Shown piece after piece: positions 17,875 through 27,338 of a stretch of DNA of 64,000 nucleotides (position 1 is the stretch's first letter; every line of letters begins with the position of its first letter). This stretch comes from an uncultured Bacteriovoracaceae bacterium (GTDB lineage Bacteria > Desulfobacterota > Desulfomonilia > UBA1062), in the NCBI GenBank assembly GCA_964513375.1, contig CAZEMO010000006.1, forward strand, positions 7,567 through 71,566. The letters are read 5' to 3'. The notes under the pieces were generated by a model. It saw nothing but the letters and a program-made list of their open reading frames with translations, had not been told where the DNA came from and did no database searches. Position numbers and translations under genes: made by a program.

Positions 17875-19536
17875 CTATCTCAAGTCTTTGAGAAGCTTTC
17901 TTCGCTCTTTAGTCAGGTCGATGATTTTCTGTTCGACGGCTTCTGTCTGCTTGATTTTATTAGCCGCAATATATGCATCAAGGGCGTCCTTTACATATTT
18001 TGCCTTGACTCTGCCGTATTTCGTTTCAGCAACCTTTTCCAGAGTTCTCGCCAGGATCAAAGCGACATCATAGTCCCGATATCTTGAAAGGTATTTTTTG
18101 CATGCGCTAATCGTTTTTTGAGGATCATTCAATGCATAAGAAGATTCAACAAGGCCCCTCAGATTCTCTTTTGTCTCTTTTGAATCGGCAAGCATGCTGA
18201 AGTACTTGTATGCCTCAGCGTTGCGGCCCTGTTTCAGGTAGAGCGATGATATCCTTGAAAGGGCGTCCGGATCACCCGGTTTTATTTTCAGGAGCAAGCT
18301 GTAGGTTTTCAAGGCCTCCTTGTTATTGCCAGCCTTCTCATAGGCGACACCCAGATTGAACATTACTACAGGGTCATTAGGCGACAGAGCCAGTGCCTTT
18401 TTGTAATATTCTACCTGTGACTCCGGATCACCGATGCTGCCCATTATCTTTCCAAGAAGAGCGACAGCATTCTTATCTGTAGGGTACAGGTCTATATATT
18501 TTTTAAGCAGAGGTTCTGCCGTTTCATAATCCCTTTTCTTCACAGCATCCTGAATTACCGCAATGAGGACTTCCCTGCTGCTGGATTCATAGGAGATGGA
18601 TTTGTAAAGTTCGAGGGCTTTTGCCTTATCGCCTTTTTCTTCATAGGCTTTTCCCAGTTCGAGGATTATGTCACTATTTTTCCTGTCAATAAGGAGGCCG
18701 TCTTCAAGGTATGATATTTTTTTGTCCAGATCAGACCTCGCTCCTGCAATCAAGGCCAGCCTGTAATAGGTATGGGCGGTCTGTTGGTTGTTGCCGATTA
18801 TGTCCGTATTCAATTTTTCGGCATCATCGAGAAAGCCCAGTCTGATATATGCGTTTGTCAGTTTTGTTAATACGTTTTCATCAAGGCCGTCATCTTCAAG
18901 CTGCTTTTTATACATGCTGATAAGGCCCTGGAGATCTCCCTTATTTGTAAGTAGGTCTTCAAGCTGCTTAATGAAAAAACTGTTTTTCGGGAAAGCGCTG
19001 AATGCATTTTTAAGGATAGTGATCTGTTCATTTGAATCCTTGGCGGTTTTAAGCTGTTTTAAAAAATCATCCTCGCTCACCTCGATCTCAATAGGGACCT
19101 TTGCTATGATATGGCTTATATAATAGATATCAATGGGGATTGACCTGATGCCGGTATCGATCAGCTGATTCCTTATCTCTGATGTGGAAATGCTCTGGTT
19201 CAATTCACTTTGTTTGCCGAAGCCCACAATGTCTGCATTGAGGTAGCTTTTAAAGAAAGTGTTGGCATTTATGCCTGTTATTACAAGTGTTTCGTCTCCA
19301 TGAATAAGAAGCGACTGCCCTGCCCTTATGATCCTAGACTCATCATTAACCTTGACTTCAATGGATATGAATCTTGGAGGTGTCCTCATTATAAAGGATG
19401 TGATGGACTCTTTTATCTGTCCGGCTGTACCTCCAAGAGGCAGGATAAAAAAAAGGGATACAAGAACAGCAATCAGAATCAGAACAATTATAAGTGCATT
19501 ACCGGAGATGGTTTTAAGTACATTTCGCATAGTCAT
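17875..19536 (-). CDS. Membrane-anchored tetratricopeptide repeat protein
   Basis: N-terminal TM helix; several TPR-like units (e.g. YYKKALALSPNDPVVMFNLGVAY). Confidence 0.85.
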   Translation of the reverse strand: MTMRNVLKTISGNALIIVLILIAVLVSLFFILPLGGTAGQIKESITSFIMRTPPRFISIEVKVNDESRIIRAGQSLLIHGDETLVITGINANTFFKSYLNADIVGFGKQSELNQSISTSEIRNQLIDTGIRSIPIDIYYISHIIAKVPIEIEVSEDDFLKQLKTAKDSNEQITILKNAFSAFPKNSFFIKQLEDLLTNKGDLQGLISMYKKQLEDDGLDENVLTKLTNAYIRLGFLDDAEKLNTDIIGNNQQTAHTYYRLALIAGARSDLDKKISYLEDGLLIDRKNSDIILELGKAYEEKGDKAKALELYKSISYESSSREVLIAVIQDAVKKRDYETAEPLLKKYIDLYPTDKNAVALLGKIMGSIGDPESQVEYYKKALALSPNDPVVMFNLGVAYEKAGNNKEALKTYSLLLKIKPGDPDALSRISSLYLKQGRNAEAYKYFSMLADSKETKENLRGLVESSYALNDPQKTISACKKYLSRYRDYDVALILARTLEKVAETKYGRVKAKYVKDALDAYIAANKIKQTEAVEQKIIDLTKERRKLLKDLR

Positions 19537-19708
19537 TTATTATCTGTAAAGAATGAATATTGTCCACCGGTTTTTATTTAAGGAAGTGCATTTGTTTTAT
19601 AATGTCTGTCTGTGTTCTCTTGGGTTTTATGAAGTTGACAATGAATATATAAGCAATTAGTTTGACTTATGCATGTTTGAAAACAGCTTTTATTTTACAG
19701 GGGTCAAA

Positions 19709-20254
19709 ATGTACAGAAATCTTGCTTTTAAAATTTTATTGCCGGTCTTTATTTTTTATCTTTGTTCATGCGCAACAATAATAAAATCCAGAGATCATAA
19801 TACAGATGCCACATCAAAACAGAAAGAAGCGACTTTCAAGGATTATGATTCAAATAAAGACAACAGAATATCAACAGACGAGTATGTTGCAAAGCAGATG
19901 AAATATTATGATCAAATGGACAAAGATGGAAGTGAAGGGCCTGACGTCGAAAAATTCATTATTTACTGGTGCAGCGATACTGCTCTTAAAAAAGGAATTG
20001 TGGATCCGACGCTGGCTCCCGTTTACAGGGAAATGGATAAAGATAATGACGGCAATGTTACCACTCAGGAATGCAGGGCTTACTGGATGATGAAATTCAA
20101 TAATGCCGATTTGGACAGGAACAACAAGTTATCCAGACAGGAGTATGATTTGCTGATGAGGGAACGTTTCAAGAGCCTGTTGGATGGACCCAATCAGGAT
20201 GGATATATCTCAAGCGATGATTACAATTCTTTCGGAACATACATGAGGCCTTAA
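19709..20254 (+). CDS. Lipoprotein with multiple EF-hand loops
   Basis: Lipobox LCSC; DSNKDNRISTDE, DKDNDGNVTTQE, DLDRNNKLSRQE and two weaker loops; ORF track starts at 19673. Confidence 0.8.
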   Translation: MYRNLAFKILLPVFIFYLCSCATIIKSRDHNTDATSKQKEATFKDYDSNKDNRISTDEYVAKQMKYYDQMDKDGSEGPDVEKFIIYWCSDTALKKGIVDPTLAPVYREMDKDNDGNVTTQECRAYWMMKFNNADLDRNNKLSRQEYDLLMRERFKSLLDGPNQDGYISSDDYNSFGTYMRP

Positions 20255-20281
20255 TCAAAAAAAATAAAAAGTGAGGGGAAT

Positions 20282-20695
20282 ATGGCAGGTTCACTGAACA
20301 AGGTAATTCTTATAGGAAGGCTTGGGAAGGATCCGGAAATGAGATTCACTCCGTCAGGCAGGGCTGTTACGAATTTTACAATGGCAACAAGTGATTACTG
20401 GATGGATCAGAACAATGAACGTCAGGAAAGAACGGAGTGGCACAGGATTGTGGTCTGGGCAAAACTTGCAGAGACATGTGCAAAGATTTTGTCCAAGGGC
20501 AAACTTGTCTATATTGAAGGCAGACTGCAAACCAGGTCATGGGATGACCGTGACGGGAATAAACGCTATACAACTGAGATCGTTGCTAATGCCATGCAGA
20601 TTCTAAGCCCAATGGATAATTCGGAATCAAAGGATTTTAATGATCCCGGAGCAGCCTCTCAGGAACCTGAAGGATTTGATGATATTCCATTTTAA
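20282..20695 (+). CDS. ssb: Single-stranded DNA-binding protein
   Basis: [35 protein letters not shown]-terminal DDIPF. Confidence 0.98.
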   Translation: MAGSLNKVILIGRLGKDPEMRFTPSGRAVTNFTMATSDYWMDQNNERQERTEWHRIVVWAKLAETCAKILSKGKLVYIEGRLQTRSWDDRDGNKRYTTEIVANAMQILSPMDNSESKDFNDPGAASQEPEGFDDIPF

Positions 20696-20725
20696 TTCGG
20701 GGAGGTTATGCATTGCTGCATAACC

Positions 20726-21760
20726 TTATGCCTGTTCTCGGTTGATATTATTTTCTGGAAGGCTATCGATACTCAGCGGTGATGGCTTATCAAGAATGGA
20801 AGTGAATACATCTACAATTTCCGGGTCCAGCACGTTTCCTTTCATGGAAGATAAAATTTCCAGCGCGGTTTCTTTCGAATATGCATCACGATAAGACCTT
20901 TTGGTGGTGAGTGCATCGTATACATCAGCCACAGCAACTATCCGGGCTTCGATAGGGATATTCTGGGCTTTGGAGCCGAACGGATAACCGTTTCCGTCAA
21001 ATCGTTCATGATGGTATCTTATAATGTTTACGGTAGATTCTGAGAGGTGGGCATCTTTAACAATGTCGGCGCCCCATAAAGGATGATTTTTTATGATATG
21101 CAGCTGCGCCTCATCCAGGGGCCCTTCGCCATGCAGTATGTTTTCGGAAATCCCGATTTTTCCGCAGTCATGCAGCCATCCGCCATACTTGATTGCATTG
21201 AGCTTGTCAGGCTGAATATCAAGGGCGAGTGCCAGCATGATGGAATATTCTGCTACCCTTTCAGAATGACCTTTTGTGTATGGATCTCTTAATTCAAGGG
21301 CATGGATCAGAGAAAGCATTGTTGCTTCATCCCCGGTTCTGATTGATTTTTTCAGTTTATAGCGCTTCATGGCGTCATCAATCATTTCAATAAGAGACTT
21401 GTTGTCCCATGGTTTAACTATAAACCTGAATGCCTCAGCCTTGTTGATTGCGTCAAGAGCTGTCTGGAGATTGACGTAACCGGTCATCAGGATGCATACA
21501 GTATCAGGAGAAATAGCACGTACCCTCGACAGGAGCTCTATTCCGGTCATTGTTGGCATCATGTTATCAGACACAAGAACGGCTATTTCATTGTTTTTTA
21601 CACATTCAAGGGCATCCTGAGCGTTCAGGAAGGTAAGGATATCTAAACCCCGGTCCTGAAAGATTCTTTCAGCCAGGCTTAAAATGAACTTCTCATCATC
21701 TACAAAAAGTATCTGTTCGGACATTGTCCCCCCGTAAGTACAGAGCAATATGTTATTCAT
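20726..21760 (-). CDS. Response regulator with HD-GYP phosphodiesterase domain
   Basis: REC (ILFVDDE, SDNMMP, FIVKP); HDCGK, HHERFDGNGYP. Confidence 0.93.
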   Translation of the reverse strand: MNNILLCTYGGTMSEQILFVDDEKFILSLAERIFQDRGLDILTFLNAQDALECVKNNEIAVLVSDNMMPTMTGIELLSRVRAISPDTVCILMTGYVNLQTALDAINKAEAFRFIVKPWDNKSLIEMIDDAMKRYKLKKSIRTGDEATMLSLIHALELRDPYTKGHSERVAEYSIMLALALDIQPDKLNAIKYGGWLHDCGKIGISENILHGEGPLDEAQLHIIKNHPLWGADIVKDAHLSESTVNIIRYHHERFDGNGYPFGSKAQNIPIEARIVAVADVYDALTTKRSYRDAYSKETALEILSSMKGNVLDPEIVDVFTSILDKPSPLSIDSLPENNINREQA

Positions 21761-21858
21761 ATCATATTTCTTGATTTTGTAAAAAATAAATGAAAAAAAA
21801 TTATATGAAAGATTTCATCTGTTTGAAATAGAGAGCGGTCATGTGTTAGGAGTAGAAT

Positions 21859-22197
21859 ATGCGAAATATAGGTGAAATCGTTGCTGTGTTTATAGATGAC
21901 CAGCCTTCCGTATATGCCAGGATAGAAGATTATGAAGCGGATGTGAAACCAAGATGGTTCAAAGTAAAAATGCTTTTCCTGACCTTTCCACCGCAGGAAA
22001 TAACCTGGCTTCTGAGGGAGGCTCAGGTGGATGGTGAACCGTTTACAATGAATAATATTCCAGTAAGGCTTGATGCCGTCAAAAGCTCTGTCCAAAATCA
22101 TCAGAAGACTGAAACAGATACACAAACATTCAGAAAGTCCGGCGGTAAGATTATAAGTCTTGCCGACAGGACAAGGGGTTCAAAGGAAGAAAAATAG
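21859..22197 (+). CDS. Hypothetical protein
   Basis: 112 aa ORF with AGGAG SD upstream; no motif recognised. Confidence 0.7.
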   Translation: MRNIGEIVAVFIDDQPSVYARIEDYEADVKPRWFKVKMLFLTFPPQEITWLLREAQVDGEPFTMNNIPVRLDAVKSSVQNHQKTETDTQTFRKSGGKIISLADRTRGSKEEK

Positions 22198-22342
22198 CCG
22201 TTAAATATATTTCTATCAGTGTCATCTGCTGATAAGGGAATTATTGGCATAAATATTGATATCATTTTTATAATTAATTATTATTTGGCTGTTTCGTTAA
22301 AGAAGATATTAGGTCTTGCCGATAGGCTTACCGAGGAGTGTA

Positions 22343-24052
22343 ATGGCTACCGAAAGAATTGGCGAAAGATTGGTTAAGAATGCGCTTATCACACCCGAAC
22401 AGTTGATGGAGGCGCAGAAAGCGCAAAGAGTAAGCGGTGTGAGGCTTGGCTCTCAGCTTGTAAAGCTCGGATATATTTCCGAAGAAGAACTGGTCAGCTT
22501 CCTGGGTCAGCAATACGGGCTGCCATCAATCGTACTCAAGAATACCAAAATTGATCATGAAGCAGTAAAACTCGTTCCACATAACATCGTCCTTAAGTAC
22601 AATGCAATTCCGTTTGCCAGGTCAGGCTCGACGCTTAAGGTTGCAATGACCGATCCGGCAAATATCTTTGCTGTCGATGACATCAAATTCCTTACCGGTT
22701 ATTCAATCGAAGTGTATGTGACATCAGAAGAGTCCTTGAAATGGGCGATTGATAATCTCTACGGCAAGGCAGAAGAAAACGAAATGGAATATACCCTTTC
22801 AGGCCTTGAAGAATTTGAAGAGGGTATTGAAATTGATGAAGGATTTGATGATGTCAGTGTTGGGGCGCTTGCACATGAAGCGGAAGAGGCCCCGATAATA
22901 AAGCTTGTTAATCTTATACTTGTCGATGCGATAAAAAAGGGGGCGAGTGACATTCATATCGAACCCTATGAAAAATTTGTACGAGTAAGGTTCAGACTTG
23001 ACGGTATGCTGCAGGAAATTATGAAGCCGCCTATGCGCTTTAAAAATGCTATTACCTCAAGGCTGAAGATCATGAGCAAACTTGACATAGCAGAAAGAAG
23101 GCTTCCGCAGGACGGGAGGATCAAGCTCAGGGTTCAGGGTGGAAAAGAGGTTGAATTCCGCGTCTCTGTGCTGCCAACGCTGTTCGGGGAAAAGGTCGTT
23201 CTGCGTATTCTGGATAAAGCCACCCTTCAGCTTGACATGACAAAACTAGGATTTGAAGAAGAAGCTTTAAAACAATTCAAGGAAGGTATCTACAAGCCCT
23301 GGGGCATGGTCCTTGTTACAGGCCCTACAGGTTCAGGCAAGACAACGACATTGTATTCGTCCATTTCCGAATTAAACAAGATCGATACCAATATATCAAC
23401 CGCAGAGGACCCGGTCGAATTCGATCTCCCCGGCATCAATCAGGTACAGATGCATGAGGAAATCGGACTGACGTTTGCCGCTTCACTGAGGTCTTTTCTG
23501 AGGCAGGACCCTGACATCATTCTAGTCGGTGAGATCAGGGACTTTGAAACGGCTGAAATATCCATAAAGGCTGCTCTTACAGGCCATCTTGTCCTGTCAA
23601 CCCTCCATACGAATGATGCCCCGGCAACAATCAACAGGCTTCTTAATATGGGAATCGAGCCTTTTCTTGTGGCCTCTTCTGTCAACCTTATTGTTGCGCA
23701 GAGGCTTGCCAGAAAGGTTTGCAAGGAATGTATTACCAGCGATGATGTCCCTGTGGAAACACTGGTGCAGATGGGAATGGACCCTGAATTTGCAAAAAAA
23801 GTTACCCCTAAAAGAGGCAGCGGCTGTCCTGTATGCAATAATTCGGGTTTCAAGGGAAGGGTTGCCCTTTATGAAGTTATGACAGTAGGAGAATCTCTTA
23901 AGGAGCTCATCCTGATGGGTGCATCGGCATCTGAAATAAAGAGAGAGGCAATAAACCAGGGTATGAAAACTCTGAGGCAGAGTGGTCTGACGAAGATAGC
24001 AGAAGGTGTGACATCCGTGTCCGAAGTGCTCAGGACAACTATGCCGGATTAA
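22343..24052 (+). CDS. pilB: Type IV-A pilus assembly ATPase PilB
   Basis: MshEN-like N-terminus RIGERLV...LG; GPTGSGKTTT; RQDPDIILVGEIRD; start ATG 22343 after GAGGAG. Confidence 0.97.
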   Translation: MATERIGERLVKNALITPEQLMEAQKAQRVSGVRLGSQLVKLGYISEEELVSFLGQQYGLPSIVLKNTKIDHEAVKLVPHNIVLKYNAIPFARSGSTLKVAMTDPANIFAVDDIKFLTGYSIEVYVTSEESLKWAIDNLYGKAEENEMEYTLSGLEEFEEGIEIDEGFDDVSVGALAHEAEEAPIIKLVNLILVDAIKKGASDIHIEPYEKFVRVRFRLDGMLQEIMKPPMRFKNAITSRLKIMSKLDIAERRLPQDGRIKLRVQGGKEVEFRVSVLPTLFGEKVVLRILDKATLQLDMTKLGFEEEALKQFKEGIYKPWGMVLVTGPTGSGKTTTLYSSISELNKIDTNISTAEDPVEFDLPGINQVQMHEEIGLTFAASLRSFLRQDPDIILVGEIRDFETAEISIKAALTGHLVLSTLHTNDAPATINRLLNMGIEPFLVASSVNLIVAQRLARKVCKECITSDDVPVETLVQMGMDPEFAKKVTPKRGSGCPVCNNSGFKGRVALYEVMTVGESLKELILMGASASEIKREAINQGMKTLRQSGLTKIAEGVTSVSEVLRTTMPD

Positions 24053-24063
24053 TTGGAGGTGTT

Positions 24064-25167
24064 GTGGAAAGTACTATTTATGATCTGTTGAAAAAAATGG
24101 TTGAAAAGGGTGCGTCCGACCTTCACATCACCACCGGCTCTTCGCCGCAGGTTAGAGTCAGGGGAGATTTATTCCCCCTGGATGAGCCTGCCCTTACGCC
24201 GCCAGATACCCGTCAATTGCTTTATTCCCTTTTAACCGAGTCGCAGAAACATAAATTCGAAGAAGACCTGGAGCTTGATTTCTCATTCGGACTTAAAGGT
24301 CTGGCACGCTTCAGGGGGAATGTTTTCATTCAGAGAGGCGCACCGGCAGGTGTCTTCAGGATGATTCCGTATGAGATCATGTCCCTGGAAGCGCTTGGAT
24401 TGCCAAGTGTTACAGGCAAACTTACCTCGTATCCAAGGGGGATGATACTTGTCACCGGCCCTACGGGAAGCGGTAAATCGACTACTCTTGCGGCGTTTCT
24501 CGATAAAATAAACCAGGAGCGCAGAGGTCATGTCATTACTATTGAAGACCCTATCGAATTTGTGCACAAACACAAGAACTGCCTGGTGAACCAGAGGGAA
24601 ATCGGCAGTGATACGAGGAATTTCGGGAATGCTCTGAAGCATATTTTAAGGCAGGACCCGGATGTTGTATTCATCGGTGAAATGAGAGACCTTGAAACAA
24701 TGCAGGCGGCCCTTACTATCTCCGAGACCGGACACCTGGTTTTCGCAACACTGCATACGAATTCTTCAGTTCAGACCATCAACAGGATAGTGGATTCATT
24801 CCCGTCACACCAGCAGCCTCAGGTGCGTGCCCAGCTTGCATTCGTACTCGAAGCGGTCATCGCCCAGCAGCTTCTTCCAAGGGCTGACGGTCTGGGCAGG
24901 GTCCTGTCCTGCGAGGTGATGATAGCGACTCCGGGAATAAGAAACCTTATCAGAGAAGACAAGATTCATCAGATATACTCTCAGATGCAGGTCGGCCAGT
25001 CAAAGCACAACATGCAGACTATGAATCAGTCTTTATATAACCTGTATCTGAGAAAGCTTATAACACTTGAAGATGCCCTGGGCTGGGCTGTGGATGTCGA
25101 GGAACTAAAGCAAATGATGACTTCTACAGGAGGGATAAAGATAAATCCTGGAGGGGAGAGGAGATAG
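24064..25167 (+). CDS. pilT: Type IV pilus retraction ATPase PilT
   Basis: ASDLHI, GPTGSGKSTT, ETGHLVFATLHTNS, IRNLIREDK. Confidence 0.97.
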   Translation: MESTIYDLLKKMVEKGASDLHITTGSSPQVRVRGDLFPLDEPALTPPDTRQLLYSLLTESQKHKFEEDLELDFSFGLKGLARFRGNVFIQRGAPAGVFRMIPYEIMSLEALGLPSVTGKLTSYPRGMILVTGPTGSGKSTTLAAFLDKINQERRGHVITIEDPIEFVHKHKNCLVNQREIGSDTRNFGNALKHILRQDPDVVFIGEMRDLETMQAALTISETGHLVFATLHTNSSVQTINRIVDSFPSHQQPQVRAQLAFVLEAVIAQQLLPRADGLGRVLSCEVMIATPGIRNLIREDKIHQIYSQMQVGQSKHNMQTMNQSLYNLYLRKLITLEDALGWAVDVEELKQMMTSTGGIKINPGGERR

Positions 25168-25170
25168 CCA

Positions 25171-26367
25171 ATGCCAGTATTCGTTTGGGAAGGCAAACTT
25201 GCTGACGGGACTTTAAAAAAAGGTGAAGTCGATGCCGAAAGCAAGGCATCGGTAAATACAATCCTCAGAAGGCAGAGGATTACTCCTACAAAGGTAAAAT
25301 CGAAACCTAAAAATATTGTATTGTTCAAACAAAAGGTAAAGACAAAGGAGATTGTTATCTTTGTCAGGCAGTTTGCAACCATGATAAATGCGGGACTGCC
25401 TCTTGTTCAATGCCTTGAGATACTGGGAACCCAGCAGGGAAATGCAGAATTCAAGAGGATTATCACTACCATCAGACAGGATGTTGAAGGTGGCTCGACA
25501 TTTGCCGATGCTCTTAAAAAACATCCGCAGGTATTCGATGAGCTTTTCGTAAACCTGGTTGCAGCAGGAGAACTTGGCGGTGTCCTTGATATTATCCTTA
25601 ACAGGCTTGCATTGCACATGGAGAAGTCTGAAGCGATCAAGGGCAAGGTAAAAAGCGCAATGGTATACCCGATAATCGTTATTTGTGTAGCGGTTGTTGT
25701 TGTTGCCATACTGATGATATTCGTCATTCCGACATTCAGTGAGATGTTCCTTTCATTCGGAGGGGTTCTTCCTGCCCCGACCCAGATAGTTATAAGCATG
25801 AGCAATTTTTTCAGGGGATACTGGTGGGTCATGTTAATAATAATCATTGCTGCAACTGCGGGCTTCAGATATGCATTGAAGGTGCCCAAGATCAGATATC
25901 AGATAGATAAAATATTTCTCAAACTCCCGCTTTTCGGGCCCCTTCTCAGGAAGGTTGCTGTTGCAAAGTTTTCCAGGACGCTTTCGACGATGATATCTTC
26001 AGGCGTACCTATCATGGACGGCCTCGAGATTACATCAAAGTCTTCAGGGAACATGGTAATAGAGGAGGGCATCAGAAACGTCAGGCAGGCAATCAGCGAA
26101 GGAAAACCGATGGCGGACCCGCTTGAAGCAACAGGGCTTTTCCCCGGCATGGTCGTTCAGATGGTTTCCGTTGGTGAGGCCACAGGCGCACTTGACAATA
26201 TGCTTGCCAAAATAGCCGATTTCTACGACGAAGAAGTGGATGCTGCAGTAGAGGCCCTTACCGCTTCACTGGAGCCAATGCTTATGGTCTTTCTAGGCGG
26301 TACGATCGGCTTTCTGGTCGTTGCGATGTATCTGCCCATATTCAAGATGGGTGCGGTCGTCGGCTAA
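25171..26367 (+). CDS. pilC: Type IV pilus platform protein PilC
   Basis: RQFATMINAGLPL, GELGGVLD, EPMLMVFLG...AMYLPIF. Confidence 0.96.
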   Translation: MPVFVWEGKLADGTLKKGEVDAESKASVNTILRRQRITPTKVKSKPKNIVLFKQKVKTKEIVIFVRQFATMINAGLPLVQCLEILGTQQGNAEFKRIITTIRQDVEGGSTFADALKKHPQVFDELFVNLVAAGELGGVLDIILNRLALHMEKSEAIKGKVKSAMVYPIIVICVAVVVVAILMIFVIPTFSEMFLSFGGVLPAPTQIVISMSNFFRGYWWVMLIIIIAATAGFRYALKVPKIRYQIDKIFLKLPLFGPLLRKVAVAKFSRTLSTMISSGVPIMDGLEITSKSSGNMVIEEGIRNVRQAISEGKPMADPLEATGLFPGMVVQMVSVGEATGALDNMLAKIADFYDEEVDAAVEALTASLEPMLMVFLGGTIGFLVVAMYLPIFKMGAVVG

Positions 26368-26373
26368 TATCAG

Positions 26374-26640
26374 GTGAGCTTTTTCGAGGCCATGATGCTT
26401 GTATGCTTCGGGGCGGCATGGCCTTCCTCGATCTATAAGTCCTATATTTCGAGGACATCAAAAGGGAAAAGCATCGTTTTCCTGGTCATCGTTCTCATCG
26501 GATATTCTGCCGGAATCCTGCATAAGGTTTTCTATAATATGGACCCGGTCATATACCTTTACATTATCAATGCGCTTATGGTCCTAGCTGACATCTTTCT
26601 TTATTTCAGGAACAGCAGGCTCGATCACGAACCGGTATAG
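26374..26640 (+). CDS. Small membrane protein (PQ-loop-like)
   Basis: Three hydrophobic segments; CFGAAWP...SRTSKGKS. Confidence 0.7.
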   Translation: MSFFEAMMLVCFGAAWPSSIYKSYISRTSKGKSIVFLVIVLIGYSAGILHKVFYNMDPVIYLYIINALMVLADIFLYFRNSRLDHEPV

Positions 26641-27338
26641 CCTGAAAAAAACAGCTCTTCATTGATTAGCGTTCTCTTTATCCCGTTTGCTTCGATGACC
26701 AGAAAGCCGTCCGAATCTATATCCTTTATTGTAATCCCGGTTCCGTCGGGTAGCATGGGTTTGTAGTCGGATTTTATATGGTATTTGAGGAAGCATTCTT
26801 TTATCGGTTCAAATCCCATGTCTGAAAATGTATCATACCATTTTCCGAGTGAGTCGATTATGAGACCAGCTATATCGCAGATCACATAACTCCTGCCTGA
26901 AAAAAACTTAAGCGAGCCTGCCTTCCCGGCAATTTCTTCAGGCCATTCAATCTGGTTTACATTGACCCCGATCCCGACCGCAGTAATGGATGCCCTTGAT
27001 TCGCACAGGATTCCAGCAATTTTTCTGCCTGAAACCAGGATGTCGTTCGGCCATTTTATGAGAGGGGTTTCCCCGGGAAGCAATCCGGCTATTGCATCAC
27101 GTGCCGCCACGCCTGCAAACACGGTTAATCTCGTATCTATGCCCGGTAGAGTTATTGTGAGGTATAGATTCCCTTCCGGTGAATACCACTGATGCCCCCT
27201 CCTTCCCCTGCCGGCGCTTTGCCTTTCTGCTGTTATCGCTGTAAACGGCTTGCCATAATCAAGGGCGTACCTGTTGGTGGAATCCACAGCCTCAAGGCTG
27301 ATAAACTCTTTTACAAAGTCTTCTTTTTTATCCTTCAA
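26625..27338 (-). CDS. birA: Biotin--protein ligase (no HTH)
   Basis: DSTN, QSAGRGRRG...W, IKWPNDI...KIAGIL; probable TTG start overlapping valS stop. Confidence 0.92.
   Translation of the reverse strand: MKDKKEDFVKEFISLEAVDSTNRYALDYGKPFTAITAERQSAGRGRRGHQWYSPEGNLYLTITLPGIDTRLTVFAGVAARDAIAGLLPGETPLIKWPNDILVSGRKIAGILCESRASITAVGIGVNVNQIEWPEEIAGKAGSLKFFSGRSYVICDIAGLIIDSLGKWYDTFSDMGFEPIKECFLKYHIKSDYKPMLPDGTGITIKDIDSDGFLVIEANGIKRTLINEELFFSGYTGS

Noticed and set aside
22343-26367. pilB-pilT-pilC without a pilin gene
   Set aside because: Split pil loci are common; pilA is likely elsewhere.
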